Shown: positions 9,565 to 19,541, numbered from the stretch's first letter. The stretch is DNA of 64,000 nucleotides from Candidatus Thorarchaeota archaeon (GCA_048884785.1 JBHLQM010000006.1:16038-80037), one strand, 5' to 3'. Program-made: numbers and translations. Notes: generated from the sequence alone by a model not told the origin.

Positions 9565-10224
9565 ATGGGTTTTCTAAGCGGTAAAAAGAAGGTGGATGCA
9601 GAGCGCGGAATTCTTGAAATTAAAGGCACAATGAATGCTCTAACTCTGCGAATTCGTAGACTGGAAACCAGGCAAATTGAGGAACAGGCAAAAGCAAAAG
9701 AATCAATGGGTCGCGGCGATAGAACCGTTGCCCGTTCTCATTTGAGTGTAGTAGTTGATCTTGAGAATAGACGCGGTAGATATCAGCAACAGTTTCTGAC
9801 GCTGGAAACCGCGCTCATGAATATTGAAGAAGCAAAAGATCAATCAGAGGTACTCAGGGCATTCACAATCGCGAATGATGCACTTACGTCTGCTCGCGCA
9901 ATCCTCAATCCAGCAGAAATACAAGCTCAATTGGACAAACTCTCTCAATCATTCGAAGAAATATCCATTGCCGGAGAGATGCTTTCAGAAGACCTTTCAG
10001 GGTCCGAAATGAGTCTTGAGGCAGAAGAGAGAATTGATAGACAGCTTGATGCTATGGAAGCTGAAATACTCCTTGAAAAAGAGGGGGTTCTTCCTCCTTT
10101 GGGAACTGGATCTCAAGCGAAGGCGACAGAGACCAAGGAATCAAATGAGAGAAAAATCGATGACCTTCTTGCAGACCTTGAACGTGAGGCGAAAGAGGAG
10201 CGAGAACGAGAGGCTCAAAAATAA
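9565..10224 (+). CDS. ESCRT-III Snf7-family protein (Vps20/32/60-like)
   Basis: N-terminal MGFLSGKK, long helical hairpin (AKESMGRGDRTVARSHL...LETALMNIEEAK..SEVLRAF..ANDAL), QLDAMEAE, then LPPLG and an acidic/Leu C-terminal helix. Confidence 0.8.
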   Translation: MGFLSGKKKVDAERGILEIKGTMNALTLRIRRLETRQIEEQAKAKESMGRGDRTVARSHLSVVVDLENRRGRYQQQFLTLETALMNIEEAKDQSEVLRAFTIANDALTSARAILNPAEIQAQLDKLSQSFEEISIAGEMLSEDLSGSEMSLEAEERIDRQLDAMEAEILLEKEGVLPPLGTGSQAKATETKESNERKIDDLLADLEREAKEEREREAQK

Positions 10225-10261
10225 CTATTCAATTTCCCATTAACTGGTTGTGATATTCGGC

Positions 10262-10900
10262 ATGCCCATTCGACTTGCGGTTTTCGACTTAGATGGAACC
10301 CTTACGGTTCATAATAGTTCTTGGTGGAGGCTTCATGAGCATTTTAACACCCATGAGAAGGGTGGCATCTTCTATGAGCAGTATTTTGCAGGAGAAATCA
10401 ACTATCAAGAATGGGCTGACTTGGATGCAGGTCTCTGGCGCGGTCAGCCATTATCTGAAGTCGAAAGAATTGCAGATCAAACTGAGCTTATGCCAGGAGC
10501 ATTTGAAACCATTGAGGCACTGAAACGGCATGGTATTCAAGTGGCAGTCCTATCAGGCGGAATTGATATTCTTGCTAATCGTGTGGCAAAAAGAATCGGA
10601 ATTGATTACGTAATGGTGAATAGGATACACCATGAGAATGGGATTATCACTGGGAAAGTCGATGTTGAGGTTGGATGGGGAGGAAAAGCTGAAGAGATAG
10701 AGCAGATTTGCAAAGATTTTGGGATATCGCTAGATGAAACGGCATTTGTGGGAGATGGAAAGAATGACATTGCGGTATTTCCCGTTGTAGCGCTGTCAAT
10801 CGCTTTTAATCCTGAAACTGAGGAAGTTGCTCAGGCCGCTGATATCGTAATCAGGAAAAAGGATCTCAGAGAGATCCTCCCTGCTATCCTGGACCGATAA
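10262..10900 (+). CDS. HAD-IB phosphoserine phosphatase-like protein
   Basis: FDLDGTL, LSGG, KAE and VGDGKND motifs. Confidence 0.85.
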   Translation: MPIRLAVFDLDGTLTVHNSSWWRLHEHFNTHEKGGIFYEQYFAGEINYQEWADLDAGLWRGQPLSEVERIADQTELMPGAFETIEALKRHGIQVAVLSGGIDILANRVAKRIGIDYVMVNRIHHENGIITGKVDVEVGWGGKAEEIEQICKDFGISLDETAFVGDGKNDIAVFPVVALSIAFNPETEEVAQAADIVIRKKDLREILPAILDR

Positions 10901-12071
10901 TTAGCAAGACAAACACATATGCCTGAAGTAGAATGATCATCATTCCCTCAAACAAATCCAGTTTGTTGTCATCTGTCAGGTTTCTCTTGAGAAACCAAAG
11001 ACTTCCTGCAATCACTACTATTTGAAAGAGAACATATCTATCAAGAGGAATCGGGACAAATATCCCAATACCGCCTGCTACAAGAAGTACTATTTGAAGA
11101 ACACCGCCAACAAGATTTCCTACTGCAATTCCCACTTTGCCTTTAGCGGCAGCAATCAGTGCAATTCCATGTTCAGGTAAAGCTCCTGCGGCTCCTAGTA
11201 TTAATGCAGCGATGTAAACTGGATCACCAAAAGATGAGATGATGGCTTCTTGTGTATGTAGCAAGGTTTCGATTGAGAATGTCAGCATTTCTCCTGCAAA
11301 GAAAATGCCAGTGAATCCTATCACTGTCAGAACTGCCGCGTTCTTCATTGAAAAATGTGGAGTGATTGTTGAGGTTTCCCCTTTGGTTTCTCCAACATGT
11401 CCTCCCTTCAGTGAAAACGCATACACAATATAAGATAGGAAAAGCATGAGAGAGGCCTCACGCGGAAATACGGGTCCATTTCCCTCAAGTGCAGTAACAA
11501 GATTCACAATTCCTAAGGCAAACATACTAGTTAGCGCAACAATCGTCCATCTGATTAGAACCGAGTCCTTGCGTATGACTTCCTGAGGTACATCCAACTC
11601 TACATTACCACGTGTGGCGATTACAATCGTAAAGCCTAGTAATAGCATATTGAATCCTGCTGCAATTAAAACCGAGAGGACGGCTATGTCCAGCAATTGT
11701 GCTCCTAGCGCAGAGTCTGGATGATTATATCCATTCCATGCTGCAATCCCGCTAATTACAGCTTCAGGCATATTGCTTGCCAAGCTGGAGAGAAGACCCG
11801 CTACGTAGGCTGTATAACCTCTGTGTCCAGCAACGCTCTCAATTCCTTCAACAGCCCATTCCGACGGCCTGAAGGCAAACCATGTACCTACAACCAACCC
11901 AAGGACAATGATTAGGATAGTTGTAGTATCATCAGGGAGCGGAACGAGAAATCGATAATATACATAGGCAGCAATGAGCAGAGCTACAATGAAAAACTCC
12001 TTCTTTCCTACTCCAAGACTTTTTCTGACAGATTTGAATTCGTGAGCCAATTCGTTGCTACTTTGTGCCAA
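10884..12071 (-). CDS. Ca2+/cation antiporter (CaCA family)
   Basis: Alpha-repeat motifs SNMPE and GALPEH...GNLVGG; about 11 TM. Confidence 0.8.
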   Translation of the reverse strand: MAQSSNELAHEFKSVRKSLGVGKKEFFIVALLIAAYVYYRFLVPLPDDTTTILIIVLGLVVGTWFAFRPSEWAVEGIESVAGHRGYTAYVAGLLSSLASNMPEAVISGIAAWNGYNHPDSALGAQLLDIAVLSVLIAAGFNMLLLGFTIVIATRGNVELDVPQEVIRKDSVLIRWTIVALTSMFALGIVNLVTALEGNGPVFPREASLMLFLSYIVYAFSLKGGHVGETKGETSTITPHFSMKNAAVLTVIGFTGIFFAGEMLTFSIETLLHTQEAIISSFGDPVYIAALILGAAGALPEHGIALIAAAKGKVGIAVGNLVGGVLQIVLLVAGGIGIFVPIPLDRYVLFQIVVIAGSLWFLKRNLTDDNKLDLFEGMMIILLQAYVFVLLIIGPG

Positions 12072-12152
12072 CTATGACTTCCTTCTATTTAGGGCGATTC
12101 TATGATTTCCATCGATGTATCAAGGATATTAATCCTGTCCCTCAGATTGGGT

Positions 12153-13304
12153 CTAATATGCCCGATATTTCACTCCAGAAGCTGTATTGAGAATGACAAC
12201 TTCCTCATCACCATCTATTTGTCCTGACTCAACAAGGTTTCCTAGACCTGCAAGACCTACAGCAGTTTCAGGACAGACATCCAAGCCTTCCAGTTTACCA
12301 GCTAGACTCATTATGTGCGGAATCTCGTGTTCTGCCACGGCAACAGCACCTCCTCCTGACTGCTTTAATGCACCCATAATAAGTCTGTCCGCAAATGGTT
12401 TTGGCACTCTTAATCCATATGCCTGAGTCGAACTATTTTTCCAAGGCTCAATTGAATCTGCCCCGGTTTCATATGCTCTTACGACCGGAGCGCAGCCCTC
12501 ACTCTGCGCTGCGTAAAGTCTCGGACGTTCGCTTCCAATCAGACCAATACCCTCGAGTTCATCTAATCCCTTCCAAATACCGATAATTGCAGTGCCACCC
12601 CCAGTAGGGCAGACAATTACATCAGGTATCGTCCATCCGAGTTGCTCCACAATTTCAAAAGCCAAGGTTTTCTTGCCCTCCACCCTGTATGGTTCCTTGG
12701 TTGTGGAGAGATCCATCCAATTCCCATTCTGTTTTTTCATAGTCGAGGCGCTATCAGAAAGAGTACCGGATGTGGATACAGTTAATGCTCCATACAAGTG
12801 ACAATCATCAAAGAACATCTTTGGGGTATCTTCTGGCATGAATATGTTCACTGGTACACCTGCAGCAGCTGAATAGGCACTTGCTGATACAGCAGCGTTT
12901 CCAGCTGACGGAAGTGCAAAGGCAGTGGCTCCAAGTTCCAGATTCTTAGAAATTGCACAGCAGATGCCTCTATCCTTGAAGCTTAATGTTGGATTCCTTG
13001 ATTCATCCTTTATGCGAAGCATTTTCAGTCCAATATGAGTGCCGAAGCGCCTAGTTAATACCAAGGGGCTCCATCCTTCACCTAGGCTCGTGACAAAAGA
13101 TGGTGAGTTTACGGGTAGCAGCATCGAGTATCTCCACATAGAATTAACTTCGGTTGGGAATTCATTACATTCAATTGCATCAATAACCGGACCAAGATTG
13201 TATTTTGCCAGTAGAGGCGAGCCACAAATACAGAATGTGGCAAGTCGCTCCGCAGAATACACCTTAAGACACTGAGGACACTCAAGATGTGAGATAGCCG
13301 ACAT
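12153..13304 (-). CDS. thrC: Threonine synthase family PLP enzyme
   Basis: N-terminal CxxC..CxC, LGEGWSPL, NPTLSFKDRG, SAGNA, EGKKT and PTGGG; start at MSAISH with GAGGT RBS. Confidence 0.85.
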   Translation of the reverse strand: MSAISHLECPQCLKVYSAERLATFCICGSPLLAKYNLGPVIDAIECNEFPTEVNSMWRYSMLLPVNSPSFVTSLGEGWSPLVLTRRFGTHIGLKMLRIKDESRNPTLSFKDRGICCAISKNLELGATAFALPSAGNAAVSASAYSAAAGVPVNIFMPEDTPKMFFDDCHLYGALTVSTSGTLSDSASTMKKQNGNWMDLSTTKEPYRVEGKKTLAFEIVEQLGWTIPDVIVCPTGGGTAIIGIWKGLDELEGIGLIGSERPRLYAAQSEGCAPVVRAYETGADSIEPWKNSSTQAYGLRVPKPFADRLIMGALKQSGGGAVAVAEHEIPHIMSLAGKLEGLDVCPETAVGLAGLGNLVESGQIDGDEEVVILNTASGVKYRAY

Positions 13305-13384
13305 CAATTTTAGAACCTCTTTTACGTGAACACGTACCATTATATTTGTGTACATGTTATCGATGAAGCAGAGGATAGCCACCA

Positions 13385-14584
13385 ATGGTACAGCTAAAGA
13401 GAATGGTTCTCCCATTCACTGCATTAGTAGGATTGGAGCGACTTAAACTAGCTCTAATCTTAAACGGAGTTAATCCTCGTATTGGTGGTCTACTAGTTTC
13501 AGGTCCAAAAGGCACTGGGAAGACGACACTTGTTAGAGCTTTTGCAGAGCTGCTACCTGAAATTGAAGTAGTCGAAGGCTGCCGATTTGGATGTAATCCT
13601 CGAAATCTGGAAACCCTTTGTGAGGAATGCAACAAGCGCATCGAATCAGGAGAGAAGCTCCCCATCCTATCTGGAAAAATGAGAGTTGTCAATCTTCCAC
13701 TTTCAACAACAGAGGATCGATTAATTGGTTCGCTGGATCTTGAGAGAGTGCTGAAAGATGGAATTCAAGCGCTAAGGCCTGGCATCCTTGCAGAAGCTCA
13801 CCAGAACATTCTCTATGTTGATGAAGTGAATTTGCTGCCAGATCATCTTGTAGACGATCTTCTTGATGCTGCAGCAACAAAGGTCAATGTAATTGAACGT
13901 GAAGGCATCTCTATTTCACATTCATCAGATTTTGTGTTGATGGGTTCTATGAATCCCGAGGAAGGTGAATTGCGTCCCCAGCTACTCGATAGATTTCCTC
14001 TTCATGTATCAGTTGGGTCCAATTACTCGATAGAGGACAGGATGGAGCTCGTTCGGCGGAATCTGGATTTTGAGAACTCTCCGTATGAGTTCATGGAAAA
14101 ATGGGAAAAAGAACAAAGTGATTTGAGGCAGCAAATCATTTCGGCGAGAATGCTACTTCCAGAAGTTGAATTATCAGAAACTCAGCTTCGAGCAATAGCT
14201 ATGGCCACAGATGCTCTTGAAGTGGATGGCGTTCGCCCTGACATAATAATCAGCAAGGCATCGGTCACACTTGCAGCATTCTTTGGTAGAAAAAGTGTAG
14301 AACTTGAAGATATGCAGTTGGCTGCCCAATTGACTATGAGCCACAGAACGCGTCGTGGAGGACTTTTGGAACCTCCCTCACAGAATGAAATCAATGAATC
14401 CATTTCAAAGGCACATGATGTTGCACAAAAACAAGACCGAAGAAAATCTCCCACTGAAGTAGGCGAAGAATCAGGAGAGAAGACTTCAGGAGAACGAAGA
14501 AGTGGCGGTAAATTCGGACGGCAAGGATCCTTTGCAGATATGAGTATGGGTGAGGAAGGCAAAAAAAAACGCCGACAAGAATAA
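13385..14584 (+). CDS. Magnesium/cobalt chelatase subunit I-like AAA+ ATPase (frame-0 product)
   Basis: PFTALVG, GPKGTGKTT, TEDRLIGSLD, LYVDEVNLL and MNPEEGELRPQLLDRF motifs. Confidence 0.9.
   Translation: MVQLKRMVLPFTALVGLERLKLALILNGVNPRIGGLLVSGPKGTGKTTLVRAFAELLPEIEVVEGCRFGCNPRNLETLCEECNKRIESGEKLPILSGKMRVVNLPLSTTEDRLIGSLDLERVLKDGIQALRPGILAEAHQNILYVDEVNLLPDHLVDDLLDAAATKVNVIEREGISISHSSDFVLMGSMNPEEGELRPQLLDRFPLHVSVGSNYSIEDRMELVRRNLDFENSPYEFMEKWEKEQSDLRQQIISARMLLPEVELSETQLRAIAMATDALEVDGVRPDIIISKASVTLAAFFGRKSVELEDMQLAAQLTMSHRTRRGGLLEPPSQNEINESISKAHDVAQKQDRRKSPTEVGEESGEKTSGERRSGGKFGRQGSFADMSMGEEGKKKRRQE
14561..14570 (+). other. Putative -1 frameshift / transcriptional slippage site (A9C)
   Basis: AAAAAAAAAC just before the frame-0 stop; the -1 frame is open from here into the vWA ORF; hairpin CCACGA...TCGTGG at 14590-14612. 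Confidence 0.7.
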
Positions 14585-14628
14585 GAAATCCACGAGGTGA
14601 TGCCATTCGTGGTACTATCTGTGCTATC

Positions 14629-16065
14629 ATGATGATGGTAGTCTTTGCCTATTTTGCTTGGTTGGCAATCAGTCCAGTGAATGTCTTATTTGGATATCCT
14701 CTTGGAGTATATCCACCTTCAATAGAACTCGCAATAATAAACACGATACTGTATATCCCTCTCATTTACTCGGCTGTGAAGAGATGGCTAAGAACCATGT
14801 TGAAGAGACAGAGAGGTCCTGCAGCAGGAATTGACACCGTTGAGCCTGGATACGCCGAACCCGAACCCGGTGATGAATGGGGCCGCGCAACGAGACCATA
14901 TCGCGCCAGAAGCGAAACAAAGACAACCGGTTCGAAATCTGATCTACGAGATGCCGCACTTGCTATTGACTCTGCATTCTTTGTAAAACTACCTGACCTC
15001 GAAACTGGAGAGTATCTATTCCAACCGGGCGATTTGAAGGCAAAGGCCATGATAAGATCCCGTGTATCTTCCGGCGGATGGAAGAATAAGAGAACAAGTA
15101 CAAGAGCTGCTGGCTCAGTCAAGGCATCAGAATCTCTTAAGACCGGACGAGCATCTCGATGGCGTCAGCCTGTAGGAGATGTTTCCTCAATACATTTACC
15201 TTCTACAATTATGTCCGCAATTTCAAGAATTGGAAAATTTTCGAAAGGTGAAATAATTCAGATTAAGAAAGAGGACATTAGGGAGAAGGTCTATACAGGG
15301 AGAACGCCCTTGACTATCATCTTGGTTGTTGATGTTAGTCTATCAATGAAAGGAAGCCTGAAAGCTGTAAGGACTATAATGGACAGGATAGAGAGAGAAA
15401 CGCGAGGCTCCAAGGACAGGATTGGCATTATTGCTTTCAAAGATACTGGCGCAATCGAGGTTCAGGCCCCAACAACGAATTGGAACAAGATTTACCGTGC
15501 TCTCGGGAGACTTCGTATTTCTGGTCTAACTCCGCTTGCTGAAGGTCTTATGAAAGCTCTCGAAGCCATTAAGCGAGAAAGAATGCGAAATCGAGACATT
15601 GAGCCATTAGTTATAGTAATCTCAGACTTTGCGCCAAATATTCCATTGGCACAATCCGTGGGGCCTGGACATGCACAATACACCCCCATAAAGGATCTTG
15701 TAAAAGCATCTCGATTACTTCGAAAGCAGGATGTGAGATTAGCTGCAATAAGTGTGGATCGTGAACATAGAAAATGGTCTAAGTTCATGAAAAGGCCCTA
15801 TCATGAAGCATTGGAACTTGCAACTCTCCTTCGGATGAGAAAAGAGGGTTATTCTGATATTATCGAAACAATTCTTGGTGTGAACGATTTTCGTCAAAAC
15901 TTCGGGGCGTTCCTTATCGCACGTACCAGTGGAGGTCACGCGTATCTGGCAGAGGAGCTGGAGCGGGAAAGGTCAATGATCAACACGATTCTCAATGCCA
16001 GTCGGTCAAAGGCACGTATGAGTATTCACCGACTACGAGAATTGGAATCTTATCTGGAAACGTAG
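14629..16065 (+). CDS. ChlD-like C-terminal half: 2 TM helices plus vWA (MIDAS) domain, likely a trans-frame continuation of 13385
   Basis: IHLPSTIMSA...EDIREK linker typical of ChlD; DVSLSM, GLTPLAEGL and ISD MIDAS residues. Confidence 0.8.
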   Translation: MMMVVFAYFAWLAISPVNVLFGYPLGVYPPSIELAIINTILYIPLIYSAVKRWLRTMLKRQRGPAAGIDTVEPGYAEPEPGDEWGRATRPYRARSETKTTGSKSDLRDAALAIDSAFFVKLPDLETGEYLFQPGDLKAKAMIRSRVSSGGWKNKRTSTRAAGSVKASESLKTGRASRWRQPVGDVSSIHLPSTIMSAISRIGKFSKGEIIQIKKEDIREKVYTGRTPLTIILVVDVSLSMKGSLKAVRTIMDRIERETRGSKDRIGIIAFKDTGAIEVQAPTTNWNKIYRALGRLRISGLTPLAEGLMKALEAIKRERMRNRDIEPLVIVISDFAPNIPLAQSVGPGHAQYTPIKDLVKASRLLRKQDVRLAAISVDREHRKWSKFMKRPYHEALELATLLRMRKEGYSDIIETILGVNDFRQNFGAFLIARTSGGHAYLAEELERERSMINTILNASRSKARMSIHRLRELESYLET

Positions 16066-16249
16066 AATTCTGCCTTCTCGATTACATTATTAGCGACTAA
16101 CACGTGCAATACATGCGCATCAATCTGAGAAATGCCTTTTGTCATAGTGAGTGTTGAGAGCCCTATTGGGTCTTCGATGATATCACTTTTCATACACTAG
16201 GTACAGGATTGGTGCGCCCTTCTCAATGTCTATCTGAGGATGCTTAAAC

Positions 16250-17260
16250 TTGAAACCTGGAAAAATCCCTCCTTCCATTCTGGAATCGGTTGTCTTCAAA
16301 TATCTTGGAAGCAACCATCCAAATCTAATTCTTGGTCCTTCTATTGGGCAAGATGCATCACTCATCAAGATGGGAGATAGAATTCTGGTTGCCTCAACGG
16401 ATCCCATTACAGGTTCAATCGAAGATGTTGGTTGGTTGTCTGTTCACATCAATGCGAATGACATAGCAACCTTTGGTGTCGAACCTCAGTGGTTTCTAAA
16501 TTCTATAATGCTCCCTCCTGACTCAGGACCCAGTGAATTAGAGAGGATAATGAAGCAAATACAGGAGGCTGCTGCATCATTAAATATTGTTGTGGCAGGG
16601 GGTCATACTGAAATTACGGAAGGGATTGAAAATCCAATTATTGCAGGATTCATGCTTGGAGAAACAAGAGAGGGCTCCTATGTCACTTCTGCAGGTGCTC
16701 AACCTGGAGATGCCATAGTAATGACAAAGACTGCAGCAATTGAAGGTACCGCGATTTTAGCTGCGGAAGGTTATGATTTTTTGGTGCAAGTGCTTGGAAA
16801 AAGTGTAGTTGACCAAGCAAGAGAACTTCGAAAGAATATAAGCGTAGTAAGAGAAGGTGTTACTGCATTCAAAACAGGATATCTTACTGCAATGCATGAC
16901 CCGACCGAGGGCGGTATTGCAAATGGTATCCACGAGCTCTGCGATGCAAGCCATGTAGGCTGTCTCATCTATCCAAACTTGATACCCGTACATTCTGCAA
17001 CCAAATCGATTTGTGAATCCCTAAAGATTGACCATCTTCAATTAATTAGTAGCGGCAGTATGCTTCTAACATGCAGAAAGGCGCACTCAAATGAAGTTCT
17101 CAAGGCTCTTGCATCTGTGAGTATTCCTGCTGTAGTCATTGGTGAAACACTTAAAGATCCTCAAGACAGATTAATTGAATCAACGCAAGGGAAGACGGAG
17201 CTAGTGCGGCCAGAATCAGATGCACTGTGGACTGCGCTCCATAGATTTACTCGTTCATGA
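16250..17260 (+). CDS. AIR synthase-related (PurM/HypE-like) protein
   Basis: GK..., IGQDA, STDPIT, NANDIA, GGHTE and MHDPTEGG motifs. Confidence 0.85.
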   Translation: MKPGKIPPSILESVVFKYLGSNHPNLILGPSIGQDASLIKMGDRILVASTDPITGSIEDVGWLSVHINANDIATFGVEPQWFLNSIMLPPDSGPSELERIMKQIQEAAASLNIVVAGGHTEITEGIENPIIAGFMLGETREGSYVTSAGAQPGDAIVMTKTAAIEGTAILAAEGYDFLVQVLGKSVVDQARELRKNISVVREGVTAFKTGYLTAMHDPTEGGIANGIHELCDASHVGCLIYPNLIPVHSATKSICESLKIDHLQLISSGSMLLTCRKAHSNEVLKALASVSIPAVVIGETLKDPQDRLIESTQGKTELVRPESDALWTALHRFTRS

Positions 17261-18026
17261 AATCCTTCAAAAGTTCCAATTCCTTTGGACCAACTGATTC
17301 GATAACAATCGGTGAGAGGGAGATACATCCCTCCTTTAGAACAGCTGCTACATCTTCATCTGCAGAACCAGTTTTTTCAACTCCTTCAAACCAATAGTAA
17401 TCTCTTCGGTGGGGGTCCACTCGATGAACAACACGATTAATCATTCTGACTCTCGCAGGTTTGGTTATTTTTAATGGAGTGTATTCTGTGATAGAGCAGG
17501 GAAAATTCAGATTCAGGGCATCTATACCTTTGGGTATCCCCTTCTCGAGCGCCCTTTTAATGATGTTTTCTGAAACTCTGCACTCCACTTCAAACAGGCT
17601 TTCTGTTCCATTAGTATCAAACCAATCGTCCGGCCCCGTTTCTTGAGAAATCGCGATAGCTGCGTATCCTTTTAGTGTTGCTTCAAATGCAGCACCTACA
17701 GTTCCACTTGTGAACATGCTTTGATAGCCAATATTGGCTCCTGAATTAATTCCTGAAACAAAGAGGTCAATGGTTTCTAGAAAGTGAGCTGCAAGAACTA
17801 CTGAATCAGCTGGTGTTCCATCGTGCGTTATTAGTCTATACCCTCTTGCTTTTCCTCGCTCTGTTACTCGAAGTGGGCGATTCAATGTAAGAGACTTGCC
17901 TGTTGCACTTCTCTGTCCCTCAGGTACAACCACTGTGAGTTCTGCAAATTCCGCGATTTTATCGGCAAGTTTTAACATTCCTTGGCTGTAGGGACCATCA
18001 TCATTTGTGAGGCAGACTTTATGCAA
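17247..18026 (-). CDS. surE: 5'/3'-nucleotidase SurE
   Basis: LTNDDG, GTPAD and SGINSGAN...SGTVGAAFE motifs. Confidence 0.92.
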   Translation of the reverse strand: MHKVCLTNDDGPYSQGMLKLADKIAEFAELTVVVPEGQRSATGKSLTLNRPLRVTERGKARGYRLITHDGTPADSVVLAAHFLETIDLFVSGINSGANIGYQSMFTSGTVGAAFEATLKGYAAIAISQETGPDDWFDTNGTESLFEVECRVSENIIKRALEKGIPKGIDALNLNFPCSITEYTPLKITKPARVRMINRVVHRVDPHRRDYYWFEGVEKTGSADEDVAAVLKEGCISLSPIVIESVGPKELELLKDFMNE

Positions 18027-18091
18027 TTAATAGCCATCCCTTTGCTTTTTGGCATTAGGAATTTGATTCATTGATAAGATTGACGATAAGC

Positions 18092-18131
18092 AAAAAGAAA
18101 GACGAACCCGGGTGCCCTAGGGCTCCCAGAT
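18092..18131 (-). terminator. Terminator downstream of the histone gene
   Basis: Minus strand GC hairpin GGGAGCCCTAGGGCACCC followed by TCTTTCTTTTT. Confidence 0.55.
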
Positions 18132-18159
18132 TCTTTTTTGAGGTCTACAATTTGAAAAT

Positions 18160-18330
18160 CTACAAGTCATAAGCTTTGAGAGTCTTTCGCTTGTTCTCTC
18201 CGCAGCGTTTAACCGCGTGATCGAGCAGCATCTCAATCTTTTTGTCTAGGGCTCCATAGAAGTCGCCACCGACTTGCACATTTTTCTTCTTCGCGTAGTC
18301 TTGAATTGCTTTCTTTACTGTGAAGCTCAT
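18160..18330 (-). CDS. Short histone-fold protein (alpha3-truncated, face-to-face/DUF1931-like type)
   Basis: 56 aa; VGGDFYGALDKKIEMLLDHAVKRCGENKRKTLKAYDL ends right after the RKT..D motif; strong GGAGG RBS. Confidence 0.8.
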   Translation of the reverse strand: MSFTVKKAIQDYAKKKNVQVGGDFYGALDKKIEMLLDHAVKRCGENKRKTLKAYDL

Positions 18331-18446
18331 ATATCGACCTTCCTCCATAGCGAAATGTGTGCTTAGAATACAGCCCCATCCTTATAAGGCTTCTCTGAAG
18401 GCCGAATAAATGGCGGTTTAAACCCATTTTAATGGGGGTTGTTCAA

Positions 18447-19541
18447 CTACGGGAATTTATCACTAAGAATATCAATAATCTTGACAGATGCTCGACCATC
18501 GCCATAGGGGCTTGGCCTATTGGTTGTGATTCCATGTTGAATTTTCTTATGGATATTTCTCTGTATTTCATTGGCATTCACACCTACAACTGTTACATGC
18601 CCAGTCTGAACCGCTTCTGGCCTCTCTGTAGAAGTTCTCAAAACGAAAGCATGTTTATTGATCGAAGGAGCTGTTACTTCTTCTTGTATCCCTCCAGAGT
18701 CAGTAAGAATATACTTGGAATTCATCATGAGTCCCATAAATTCGAGATAACCAACAGGATCTATTATCTCGATTATCTTCTCATTTTCCACCTGTTCATA
18801 GATTCCAAATTCCTTCATGCGTGCAATTGTTCTGGGATGAGCAGGAAAGAGTATCTTTTCATCTAATGCGGAAACACCACTGACTATCTCTGCGAGAGTC
18901 TTCCGATGGTCGACATTCTCTGCCCTGTGAAGGGTCATTAGTACGAAATCTTTGATACTGGCATACCTGCTCTGATTATACAGTTCAGCGGCTTTTCTCG
19001 ATACCCTTTCGATGGCGTCAATTACTGTGTTGCCAGTTACATGGATCTCTCCCCATACATTTTCACGGCGCAGAATATTCGCTGACTCATTTGTGGGAGC
19101 GAATAAGAATGTTGAAACGTGATCAGTCAGTCTTCTATTATGCTCTTCAGGCATGCTGGTATCATAACTTCTCAAACCTGCTTCGACATGTCCTATTGGA
19201 ATATTCATTTTTGCGGCTGCTAGCGCTGCTGAAAGAACTGCGTTAGTATCGCCTTGGACAAGAACCACATCTGGCCGGTATTTCATCAATTCTCTCTCGA
19301 TACCAAGAAGCGCCTTTGCAGTCTGTTCTGAATGCGTCCCAGAACCGATATCCAAATTGATGTCTGGCTGTTTGAGTTCCAAATCGGCAAAAAAGGAGCC
19401 GCTCATTTTAACGGAATAATGCTGACCCGTATGTAGAAGATAATGGTCAATATCTCGTTTTTCACACTCTTGAATGATTGGAGCCATTTTGACTATTTCA
19501 GGTCGTGTTCCAATCACAAAAAACACTCTCAAGCAGGTCAC
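18447..19541 (-). CDS. wecB: UDP-N-acetylglucosamine 2-epimerase
   Basis: GTRPE, TGQH, QGDTN, HVEAGLRS, HRAEN, TDSGGIQEE and PYGDG motifs. Confidence 0.95.
   Translation of the reverse strand: MTCLRVFFVIGTRPEIVKMAPIIQECEKRDIDHYLLHTGQHYSVKMSGSFFADLELKQPDINLDIGSGTHSEQTAKALLGIERELMKYRPDVVLVQGDTNAVLSAALAAAKMNIPIGHVEAGLRSYDTSMPEEHNRRLTDHVSTFLFAPTNESANILRRENVWGEIHVTGNTVIDAIERVSRKAAELYNQSRYASIKDFVLMTLHRAENVDHRKTLAEIVSGVSALDEKILFPAHPRTIARMKEFGIYEQVENEKIIEIIDPVGYLEFMGLMMNSKYILTDSGGIQEEVTAPSINKHAFVLRTSTERPEAVQTGHVTVVGVNANEIQRNIHKKIQHGITTNRPSPYGDGRASVKIIDILSDKFP

Noticed and set aside
16226-16252. In-frame ATG TCT ATC TGA GGA TGC upstream of the AIR-synthase-like gene reads M-S-I-U-G-C, like the SelD UGCK motif
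   Set aside because: The TGA is part of the GAGGATG RBS for the TTG start, the Lys spacing is wrong, the body has STDPIT rather than SelD-type TDFF, and I saw no SECIS element
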